Origin: Utricularia gibba
Taxonomy: Eukaryota > Plantae > Magnoliophyta
Assembly: GCA_002189035.1 (NCBI GenBank)
Contig: NEEC01000189.1
Coordinates: forward strand, 1-56,574
Direction: 5' to 3'
DNA length: 56,574 bases
The notes beneath the pieces were generated by a model. That model was not told the DNA's origin, did no database searches, and saw only the letters and a list, made by a program, of their open reading frames with translations. Positions 1-10,800 of this stretch are shown here, one piece after another (position 1 is the first letter of the stretch; each line of letters opens with the position of its first letter). Made by a program: the position numbers and the translations under genes.

Positions 1-10
1 TCGGGCTCGG

Positions 11-169
11 CCCATAGTCATTTGTAGCCCGGCAAAAAATGTGATCCATTTATTAACGTTGGGTTTTCGGCACTGCCTACATGGTTTCTGAAGGAAAAGC
101 TTGTCGTTTTTGGGTGGGTGCTTTCGTTGGGAAGTTCATCCGGACCCAAGGTTCTGTTCGACTCCTGAG
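11..169 (+). repeat. Subunit A (~159 bp) of a representative monomer
   Basis: Runs cccatagtca...gactcctgag and contains HindIII AAGCTT at 97-102. It aligns colinearly with subunit B, e.g. gtgatccatttattaacgttgggttttc vs gtgatgcattttttgaagttaggatgtc (21/28). Confidence 0.85.
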
Positions 170-323
170 CCCAATGGGGGTCCTATTCGACGAAAATCGT
201 GATGCATTTTTTGAAGTTAGGATGTCATGAGCACCCCAATGGTTTTCTTGTCCACAAGCTTTATATTTGAGGAGGCGCTCTCGAGGGGCACCAGGATCGG
301 GCCGGAGGTCAGGTCGGGCTCGG
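170..323 (+). repeat. Subunit B (~154 bp) of a representative monomer
   Basis: Runs cccaatgggg...gggctcgg and contains HindIII AAGCTT at 256-261, the position equivalent to the site in A. Its tail atcgggccggaggtcaggtcgggctc matches A's atccggacccaaggttcggttcgactc (~18/27). Confidence 0.85.
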
Positions 324-779
324 CCCATAGTCATTTGTAGCCCGGCAAAAAATGTGATCCATTTATTAACGTTGGGTTTTCGGCACCTGCCTACATGGTT
401 TCTGAAGGAAAAGCTTGTCGTTTTTGGTGGGTGCTTTTGTTGGGAAGTTCATCCGGACCCAAGGTTCGTTCGACTCCTGAGCCCAATGGGTCCTATTCGA
501 CGAAAATCGTGATGCATTTTTTGAAGTTAGGATGTCATGAGCACCCCAAATGGTTTTCTTGTCCACAAGCTTTATATTTGAGGAGGCGCTCTCGAGGGGC
601 ACCAGGATCGGGCCGGAGGTCAGGTCGGGCTCGGCCCCATAGTCATTTGTAGCCCGGCAAAAAATGTGATCCATTTATTAACGTTGGGTTTTCGGCACCT
701 GCCTACATGGTTTGTGAAGGAAAAGCTTGTCGTTTTTGGGTGGGTGCTTTGTTGGGAAATTCATCCGGACCCAAGGTTC

Positions 780-790
780 GGTTCGACTCC
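780..790 (+). promoter_or_regulatory. Pol III B-box-like motif GGTTCGACTCC (core GTTCGACTCC present once in almost every monomer); function unproven
   Basis: Exact match to the tRNA-type B-box consensus GGTTCGANNCC. No convincing A-box lies at the normal spacing upstream. Confidence 0.2.
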
Positions 791-1260
791 TGAGCCCAAT
801 GGGTCCTATTCGACGAAAATCGTGATGCATTTTTTGAAGTTAGGATGTCATGAGCACCCCAAATGGTTTTCTTGTCCACAAGCTTTATATTTGAGGAGGC
901 GCTCTCGAGGGGCACCAGGATCGGGCCGGAGGTCAGGTCGGGCTCGGCCCCATAGTCATTTGTAGCCCGGCAAAAAAAGTGATCCATTTATTAACGTTGG
1001 GTTTTCGGCACCTGCCTACATGTTTCTGAAGGAAAAGCTTGTCGTTTTTGGGTGGGTGCTTTCGTTGGGAAGTTCATCCGGACCCAAGGTTCGTTCGACT
1101 CCTGAGCCCAATGGGGTCCTATTCGACGAAAATCGTGATGCATTTTTTGAAGTTAGGATGTCATGAGCACCCAAAATGGTTTTCTTGTCCACAAGCTTTA
1201 TATTTGAGGAGGCGCTCTCGAGGGGCACCAGGATCGGGCCGGAGGTCGGGTCGGGCTCGC

Positions 1261-1886
1261 CCCATAGTCATTTGTAGCCCGGCAAAAAATGTGATCCATT
1301 TATTAACGTTGGGTTTTCGGCACTGCCTACATGGTTTCTGAAGGAAAAGCTTGTCGTTTTTGGGTGGGTGCTTTGTTGGGAAATTCGTCCGGACCCAAGG
1401 TTCGGTTCGACTCCTGAGCCCAATCGGGTCCTATTCGACGAAAATCGTGATGCATTTTTTGAAGTTAGGATGTCATGAGCACCCCAAATGGTTTTCTCAA
1501 CCACAAGCTTTTTATTTGAGGAGGCGCTCTCGAGGGGCACTAGGATCGGGCCGGAGGTCATATCGGCTCGGGCCCATAGTCATTTGTAGCCCGGCAAAAA
1601 AAGTGATCCATTTATTAACGTTGGGTTTTCGGCAGCTGCCTACATGGTTTCTGAAGGAAAAGCTTGTCGTTTTTGGGTGGGTGCTTTTGTTGGGAATTCA
1701 TCCGGACCCAAGGTTCGGTTCGACTCCTGAGCCCAATGGGGTCCTATTCGACGAAAATCGTGATGCATTTTTTGAAGTTAGGATGTCATGAGCACCCCAA
1801 ATGGTTTTCTTGTCCACAAGCTTTATATTTGAGGAGGCGCTCTCGAGGGGCACCAGGATCGGGCCGGAGGTCAGGTCGGGCTCGGC
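1261..1886 (+). repeat. Example of the recurrent divergent monomer pair (class C followed by class D) marking a loose higher-order repeat
   Basis: The C unit carries linked variants ttcGtcc, aatCggg, ttctcaaccac, acTagg, gtcatatcg and ctcGGgcc. The following D unit carries caGctgcc and gctTTTgttgggaattcatcc. Similar pairs recur at ~4.1, 8.8, 10.7, 13.2, 14.7, 21.3, 25.6, 32.9, 40.1, 45.0, 46.3 and 54.2 kb. Confidence 0.8.
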
Positions 1887-4800
1887 CCCATAGTCATTTG
1901 TAGCCCGGCAAAAAATGTGATCCATTTATTAACGTTGGGTTTTCGGCACTGCCTACATGGTTTCTGAAGGAAAAGCTTGTCGTTTTTGGGTGGGTGCTTT
2001 CGTTGGAAATTCGTCCGGACCCAAGGTTCTGTTCGACTCCTGAGCCCAATGGGGTCCTATTCGACGAAAATCGTGATGCATTTTTTGAAGTTAGGATGTC
2101 ATGAGCACCCCAAATGGTTTTCTTGTCACAAGCTTTATATTTGAGGAGGCGCTCTCGAGGGGCACCAGGATCGGGCCGGAGGTCAGGTCGGGCTCGGCCC
2201 CATAGTCATTTGTAGCCCGGCAAAAAAAGTGATCCATTTATTAACGTTGGGTTTTCGGCACCTGCCTACATGGTTTCTGAAGGAAAAGCTTGTCGTTTTT
2301 GGGTGGGTGCTTTCGTTGGGAAGTTCATCCGGACCCAAGGTTCGGTTCGACTCCTGAGCCCAATGGGGTCCTATTCGACGAAAATCGTGATGCATTTTTT
2401 GAAGTTAGGATGTCATGAGCACCCCAAATGGTTTTCTTGTCCACAAGCTTTATATTTGAGGAGGCGCTCTCGAGGGGCACTAGGATCGGGCCGGAGGTCG
2501 GGTCGGGCTCGGCCCATAGTCATTTGTAGCCCGGCAAAAAATGTGATCCATTTATTAACGTTGGGTTTTCGGCACCTGCCTACATGGTTTGTGAAGGAAA
2601 AGCTTGTCGTTTTTGGGTGGGTGCTTTGTTGGAAATTCATCCGGACCCAAGGTTCGGTTCGACTCCTGAGCCCAATGGGTCCTATTCGACGAAAATCGTG
2701 ATGCATTTTTTGAAGTTAGGATGTCATGAGCACCCCAAATGGTTTTCTTGTCCACAAGCTTTATATTTGAGGAGGCGCTCTCGAGGGGCACCAGGATCGG
2801 GCCGGAGGTCAGGTCGGGCTCGGCCCCATAGTCATTTGTAGCCCGGCAAAAAATGTGATCCATTTATTAACGTTGGGTTTTCGGCACCTGCCTACATGGT
2901 TTCTGAAGGAAAAGCTTGTCGTTTTTGGGTGGGTGCTTTCGTTGGGAAGTTCATCCGGACCCAAGGTTCGGTTCGACTCCTGAGCCCAATGGGTCCTATT
3001 CGACGAAAATCGTGATGCATTTTTTGAAGTTAGGATGTCATGAGCACCCCAAATGGTTTTCTTGTCCACAAGCTTTATATTTGAGGAGGCGCTCTCGAGG
3101 GGCACTAGGATCGGGCCGGAGGTCAGGTCGGGCTCGGCCCCATAGTCATTTGTAGCCCGGCAAAAAAAGTGATCCATTTATTAACGTTGGGTTTTCGGCA
3201 CCTGCCTACATGGTTTCTGAAGGAAAAGCTTGTCGTTTTTGGGTGGGTGCTTTCGTTGGGAAGTTCATCCGGACCCAAGGTTCGTTCGACTCCTGAGCCC
3301 AATGGGGTCCTATTCGACGAAAATCGTGATGCATTTTTTGAAGTTAGGATGTCATGAGCACCCCAAATGGTTTTCTCACCACAAGCTTTATATTTGAGGA
3401 GGCGCTCTCGAGGGGCACCAGGATCGGGCCGGAGGTCAGGTCGGGCTCGGCCCATAGTCATTTGTAGCCCGGCAAAAAATGTGATCCATTTATTAACGTT
3501 GGGTTTTCGGCACCTGCCTACATGGTTTCTGAAGGAAAAGCTTGTCGTTTTTGGGTGGGTGCTTTTGTTGGGAAATTCATCCGGACCCAAGGTTCGGTTC
3601 GACTCCTGAGCCCAATGGGGTCCTATTCGACGAAAATCGTGATGCATTTTTTGAAGTTAGGATGTCATGAGCACCCCCAAATGGTTTTCTTGTCCACAAG
3701 CTTTATATTTGAGGAGGCGCTCTCGAGGGGCACCAGGATCGGGCCGGAGGTCAGGTCGGGCGGCCCCATAGTCATTTGTAGCCCGGCAAAAAATGTGATC
3801 CATTTATTAACGTTGGGTTTTCGGCACCTGCCTACATGTTTCTGAAGGAAAAGCTTGTCGTTTTTGGGTGGGTGCTTTCGTTGGGAAGTTCATCCGGACC
3901 CAAGGTTCTGTTCGACTCCTGAGCCCAATGGGGTCCTATTCGACGAAAATCGTGATGCATTTTTTGAAGTTAGGATGTCATGAGCACCCCAAATGGTTTT
4001 CTTGTCCACAAGCTTTATATTTGAGGAGGCGCTCTCGAGGGGCACCAGGATCGGGCCGGAGGTCAGGTCGGGCTCGGCCCCATAGTCATTTGTAGCCCGG
4101 CAAAAAATGTGATCCATTTATTAACGTTGGGTTTTCGGCACTGCTACATGGTTTGTGAAGGAAAAGCTTGTCGTTTTTGGGTGGGTGCTTTGTTGGGAAT
4201 TTCGTCCGGACCCAAGGTTCGGTTCGACTCCTGAGCCCAATCGGGTCCTATTCGACGAAAATCGTGATGCATTTTTTGAAGTTAGGATGTCATGAGCACC
4301 CCAAATGGTTTTCTCAACCACAGCTTTATATTTGAGGAGGCGCTCTCGAGGGGCACTAGGATCGGGCCGGAGGTCATTCGGGCTCGGGCCCATAGTCATT
4401 TGTAGCCCGGCAAAAAAAGTGATCCATTTATTAACGTTGGGTTTTCGGCAGCTGCCTACATGGTTTCTGAAGGAAAAGCTTGTCGTTTTTGGGTGGGTGC
4501 TTTGTTGGGAATTCATCCGGACCCAAGGTTCGGTTCGACTCCTGAGCCCAATGGGGTCCTATTCGACGAAAATCGTGATGCATTTTTGAAGTTAGGATGT
4601 CATGAGCACCCCAAATGGTTTTCTTGTCCACAAGCTTTATATTTGAGGAGGCGCTCTCGAGGGCACCAGGATCGGGCCGGAGGTCAGGTCGGGCTCGGCC
4701 CATAGTCATTTGTAGCCCGGCAAAAAATGTGATCCATTTATTAACGTTGGGTTTTCGGCACCTGCCTACATGGTTTGTGAAGGAAAAGCTTGTCGTTTTT

Positions 4801-7800
4801 GGGTGGGTGCTTTGTTGGGAAATTCGTCCGGACCCAAGGTTCGTTCGACTCCTGAGCCCAATGGGGTCCTATTCGACGAAAATCGTGATGCATTTTTTTG
4901 AAGTTAGGATGTCATGAGCACCCCAAATGGTTTTCTTGTCCACAAGCTTTATATTTGAGGAGGCGCTCTCGAGGGGCACCAGGATCGGGCCGGAGGTCAG
5001 GTCGGGCTCGGCCCCATAGTCATTTGTAGCCCGGCAAAAAATGTGATCCATTTATTAACGTTGGGTTTTCGGCACCTGCCTACATGGTTTCTGAAGGAAA
5101 AGCTTGTCGTTTTTGGGTGGGTGCTTTCGTTGGGAAGTTCATCCGGACCCAAGGTTCGTTCGACTCCTGAGCCCAATGGGGTCCTATTCGACGAAAATCG
5201 TGATGCATTTTTTGAAGTTAGGATGTCATGAGCACCCCAAATGGTTTTCTCCACAAGCTTTATATTTGAGGAGGCGCTCTCGAGGGGCACCAGGATCGGG
5301 CCGGAGGTCAGGTCGGGCTCGGCCCCATAGTCATTTGTAGCCCGGCAAAAAATGTGATCCATTTATTAACGTTGGGTTTTCGGCACCTGCCTACATGGTT
5401 TGTGAAGGAAAAGCTTGTCGTTTTTGGGTGGGTGCTTTGTTGGGAATTCGTCCGGACCCAAGGTTCGGTTCGACTCCTGAGCCCAATGGGCCTATTCGAC
5501 GAAATCGTGATGCATTTTTTGAAGTTAGGATGTCATGAGCACCCCAAATGGTTTTCTTGTCCACAAGCTTTATATTTGAGGAGGCGCTCTCGAGGGGCAC
5601 CAGGATCGGGCCGGAGGTCAGGTCGGGCTCGGCCCCATAGTCATTTGTAGCCCGGCAAAAAATGTGATCCATTTATTAACGTTGGGTTTTCGGCAGCTGC
5701 CTACATGGTTTCTGAAGGAAAAGCTTGTCGTTTTTGGGTGGGTGCTTTCGTTGGGAAGTTCATCCGGACCCAAGGTTCGGTTCGACTCCTGAGCCCAATG
5801 GGGTCCTATTCGACGAAAATCGTGATGCATTTTTTGAAGTTAGGATGTCATGAGCACCCCAAATGGTTTTCTTGTCCACAAGCTTTATATTTGAGGAGGC
5901 GCTCTCGAGGGGCACTATCGGGCCGGAGGTCGGGTCGGGCTCGGCCCATAGTCATTTGTAGCCCGGCAAAAAAATGTGATCCATTTATTAACGTTGGGTT
6001 TTCGGCACCTGCCTACATGGTTTGTGAAGGAAAAGCTTGTCGTTTTTGGGTGGGTGCTTTGTTGGGAAATTCGTCCGGACCCAAGGTTCGGTTCGACTCC
6101 TGAGCCCAATGGGTCCTATTCGACGAAAATCGTGATGCATTTTTTGAAGTTAGGATGTCATGAGCACCCCAAATGGTTTTCTCACCCACAAGCTTTATAT
6201 TTGAGGAGGCGCTCTCGAGGGGCACTAGGATCGGGCCGGAGGTCAGGTCGGGCTCGGCCCATAGTCATTTGTAGCCCGGCAAAAAAAGTGATCCATTTAT
6301 TAACGTTGGGTTTTCGGCAGCTGCCTACATGGTTTCTGAAGGAAAAGCTTGTCGTTTTTGGGTGGGTGCTTTTGTTGGGAATTCATCCGGACCCAAGGTT
6401 CGGTTCGACTCCTGAGCCCAATGGGGTCCTATTCGACGAAAATCGTGATGCATTTTTTGAAGTTAGGATGTCATGAGCACCCCAAATGGTTTTCTTGTCC
6501 ACAAGCTTTTTATATTTGAGGAGGCGCTCTCGAGGGGCACCAGGATCGGGCCGGAGGTCAGGTCGGGCTCGGCCCATAGTCATTTGTAGCCCGGCAAAAA
6601 AGTGATCCATTTATTAACGTTGGGTTTTCGGCACCTGCCTACATGGTTTCTGAAGGAAAAGCTTGTCGTTTTTGGGTGGGTGCTTTCGTTGGAAGTTCAT
6701 CCGGACCCAAGGTTCTGTTCGACTCCTGAGCCCAATGGGGTCCTATTCGACGAAAATCGTGATGCATTTTTTGAAGTTAGGATGTCATGAGCACCCAAAT
6801 GGTTTTCTTGTCCACAAGCTTTATATTTGAGGAGGCGCTCTCGAGGGGCACCAGGATCGGGCCGGAGGTCAGGTCGGGCTCGGCCCCATAGTCATTTGTA
6901 GCCCGGCAAAAAAATGTGATCCATTTATTAACGTTGGGTTTTCGGCACCTGCCTACATGGTTTCTGAAGGAAAAGCTTGTCGTTTTTGGGTGGGTGCTTT
7001 CGTTGGGAAGTTCATCCGGACCCAAGGTTCGTTCGACTCCTGAGCCCAATGGGGTCCTATTCGACGAAAATCGTGATGCATTTTTTGAAGTTAGGATGTC
7101 ATGAGCACCCCAAATGGTTTTCTTGTCCACAAGCTTTATATTTGAGGAGGCGCTCTCGAGGGGCACCAGGATCGGGCCGGAGGTCAGGTCGGGCTCGGCC
7201 CATAGTCATTTGTAGCCCGGCAAAAAATGTGATCCATTTATTAACGTTGGGTTTTCGGCACTGCCTACATGGTTTGTGAAGGAAAAGCTTGTCGTTTTTG
7301 GGTGGGTGCTGTTGTTCGGAAATTCGTCCGGACCCAAGGTTCGGTTCGACTCCTGAGCCCAATGGGTCCTATTCGACGAAAATCGTGATGCATTTTTTGA
7401 AGTTAGGATGTCATGAGCACCCCAAATGGTTTTCTCAACAAGCTTTTTATTTGAGGAGGCGCTCTCGAGGGGCACTAGGATCGGGCCGGAGGTCAGGTCG
7501 GGCTCGGCCCATAGTCATTTGTAGCCCGGCAAAAAATGTGATCCATTTATTAACGTTGGGTTTTCGGCACCTGCCTACATGGTTTCTGAAGGAAAAGCTT
7601 GTCGTTTTTGGGTGGGTGCTTTCGTTGGGAATTCATCCGGACCCAAGGTTCGTTCGACTCCTGAGCCCAATGGGGTCCTATTCGACGAAAATCGTGATGC
7701 ATTTTTTGAAGTTAGGATGTCATGAGCACCCCAAATGGTTTTCTTGTCCACAAGCTTTATATTTGAGGAGGCGCTCTCGAGGGGCACCAGGATCGGGCCG

Positions 7801-10800
7801 GAGGTCAGGTCGGGCTCGGCCCATAGTCATTTGTAGCCCGGCAAAAAAAGTGATCCATTTATTAACGTTGGGTTTTCGGCACCTGCCTACATGTTTCTGA
7901 AGGAAAAGCTTGTCGTTTTTGGGTGGGTGCTTTCGTTGGGAATTCATCCGGACCCAAGGTTCGTTCGACTCCTGAGCCCAATGGGGTCCTATTCGACGAA
8001 AATCGTGATGCATTTTTTGAAGTTAGGATGTCATGAGCACCCCAAATGGTTTTCTCACCACAAGCTTTATATTTGAGGAGGCGCTCTCGAGGGGCACCAG
8101 GATCGGGCCGGAGGTCAGGTCGGGCTCGGCCCATAGTCATTTGTAGCCCGGCAAAAAAGTGATCCATTTATTAACGTTGGGTTTTCGGCACCTGCCTACA
8201 TGGTTTGTGAAGGAAAAGCTTGTCGTTTTTGGGTGGGTGCTTTGTTGGAAATTTCATCCGGACCCAAGGTTCGGTTCGACTCCTGAGCCCAATGGGTCCT
8301 ATTCGACGAAAATCGTGATGCATTTTTGAAGTTAGGATGTCATGAGCACCCCAAATGGTTTTCTTGTCCACAAGCTTTATATTTGAGGAGGCGCTCTCGA
8401 GGGGCACTAGGATCGGGCCGGAGGTCAGGTCGGGCTCGGCCCCATAGTCATTTGTAGCCCGGCAAAAAATGTGATCCATTTATTAACGTTGGGTTTTCGG
8501 CACCTGCCTACATGTTTCTGAAGGAAAAGCTTGTCGTTTTTGGGTGGGTGCTTTCGTTGGGAAGTTCATCCGGACCCAAGGTTCTGTTCGACTCCTGAGC
8601 CCAATGGGGTCCTATTCGACGAAAATCGTGATGCATTTTTTGAAGTTAGGATGTCATGAGCACCCCAAATGGTTTTCTTGTCCACAAGCTTTATATTTGA
8701 GGAGGCGCTCTCGAGGGGCACCAGGATCGGGCCGGAGGTCAGGTCGGGCTCGGCCCCATAGTCATTTGTAGCCCGGCAAAAAATGTGATCCATTTATTAA
8801 CGTTGGGTTTTCGGCACTGCCTACATGGTTTGTGAAGGAAAAGCTTGTCGTTTTTGGGTGGGTGCTTTGTTGGAAATTCGTCCGGACCCAAGGTTCGGTT
8901 CGACTCCTGAGCCCAATCGGGTCCTATTCGACGAAAATCGTGATGCATTTTTTGAAGTTAGGATGTCATGAGCACCCCAAATGGTTTTCTCACCACAAGC
9001 TTTATATTTGAGGAGGCGCTCTCGAGGGGCACTAGGATCGGGCCGGAGGTCATTCGGGCTCGGGCCCATAGTCATTTGTAGCCCGGCAAAAAAAGTGATC
9101 CATTTATTAACGTTGGGTTTTCGGCAGCTGCCTACATGGTTTCTGAAGGAAAAGCTTGTCGTTTTTGGGTGGGTGCTTTTTGGGAATTCATCCGGACCCA
9201 AGGTTCGTTCGACTCCTGAGCCCAATGGGGTCCTATTCGACGAAAATCGTGATGCATTTTTTGAAGTTAGGATGTCATGAGCACCCCAAATGGTTTTCTT
9301 GTCCACAAGCTTTTATTTGAGGAGGCGCTCTCGAGGGGCACTAGGATCGGGCCGGAGGTCAGGTCGGGCTCGGCCCCATAGTCATTTGTAGCCCGGCAAA
9401 AAATGTGATCCATTTATTAACGTTGGGTTTTCGGCACCTGCCTACATGGTTTGTGAAGGAAAAGCTTGTCGTTTTTGGGTGGGTGCTTTGTTGGTTCGTC
9501 CGGACCCAAGGTTCGTTCGACTCCTGAGCCCAATGGGGTCCTATTCGACGAAAATCGTGATGCATTTTTTGAAGTTAGGATGTCATGAGCACCCCAAATG
9601 GTTTTCTTGTCCACAAGCTTTATATTTGAGGAGGCGCTCTCGAGGGGCACTAGGATCGGGCCGGAGGTCAGGTCGGGCTCGGCCCCATAGTCATTTGTAG
9701 CCCGGCAAAAAATGTGATCCATTTATTAACGTTGGGTTTTCGGCACCTGCCTACATGGTTTCTGAAGGAAAAGCTTGTCGTTTTTGGGTGGGTGCTTTCG
9801 TTGGGAAGTTCATCCGGACCCAAGGTTCTGTTCGACTCCTGAGCCCAATGGGGTCCTATTCGACGAAAATCGTGATGCATTTTTTGAAGTTAGGATGTCA
9901 TGAGCACCCCAAATGGTTTTCTTGTCCACAAGCTTTATATTTGAGGAGGCGCTCTCGAGGGGCACCAGGATCGGGCCGGAGGTCAGGTCGGGCTCGGCCC
10001 ATAGTCATTTGTAGCCCGGCAAAAAAAGTGATCCATTTATTAACGTTGGGTTTTCGGCACCTGCCTACATGGTTTCTGAAGGAAAAGCTTGTCGTTTTTG
10101 GGTGGGTGCTTTGTTGGGAAATTCGTCCGGACCCAAGGTTCGGTTCGACTCCTGAGCCCAATGGGGTCCTATTCGACGAAAATCGTGATGCATTTTTTGA
10201 AGTTAGGATGTCATGGCACCCCAAATGGTTTTCTTGTCCACAAGCTTTATATTTGAGGAGGCGCTCTCGAGGGGCACTAGGATCGGCCGGAGGTCGGGTC
10301 GGGCTCGGCCCATAGTCATTTGTAGCCCGGCAAAAAAAGTGATCCATTTATTAACGTTGGGTTTTCGGCACTGCCTACATTGTTTCTGAAGGAAAAGCTT
10401 GTCGTTTTTGGGTGGGTGCTTTCGTTGGGAAGTTCATCCGGACCCAAGGTTCTGTTCGACTCCTGAGCCCAATGGGGTCCTATTCGACGAAAATCGTGAT
10501 GCATTTTTTGAAGTTAGGATGTCATGAGCACCCCAAATGGTTTTCTTGTCCACAAGCTTTATATTTGAGGAGGCGCTCTCGAGGGGCACCAGGATCGGGC
10601 CGGAGGTCAGGTCGGGCTCGGCCCCATAGTCATTTGTAGCCCGGCAAAAAATGTGATCCATTTATTAACGTTGGGTTTTCGGCACCTGCCTACATGGTTT
10701 GTGAAGGAAAAGCTTGTCGTTTTTGGGTGGGTGCTGTTGTTGGAAATTCGTCCGGACCCAAGGTTCGGTTCGACTCCTGAGCCCAATCGGGTCCTATTCG

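Noticed and set aside
216-222. TTAGG telomere-like motif
   Set aside because: A single 5-mer per monomer and never tandem, so not an interstitial telomeric repeat.
258-270. TATAAA on the minus strand (gctttatatttg) once per monomer
   Set aside because: A 6-mer in an AT-tract is expected by chance, and there is no downstream gene.
700-800. Intact tRNA gene around GGTTCGACTCC
   Set aside because: No D-arm/A-box, anticodon arm or acceptor stem can be folded. Only the T-loop-like motif is retained as a finding.
2461-2500. 5S rDNA tandem array (unit length ~313 bp; short matches ACTAGGAT and TGGGAAGT to 5S rRNA)
   Set aside because: No colinear 120-nt 5S gene is present. The two short matches lie in different subunits at the wrong spacing, and ACTAGG is only one allele.
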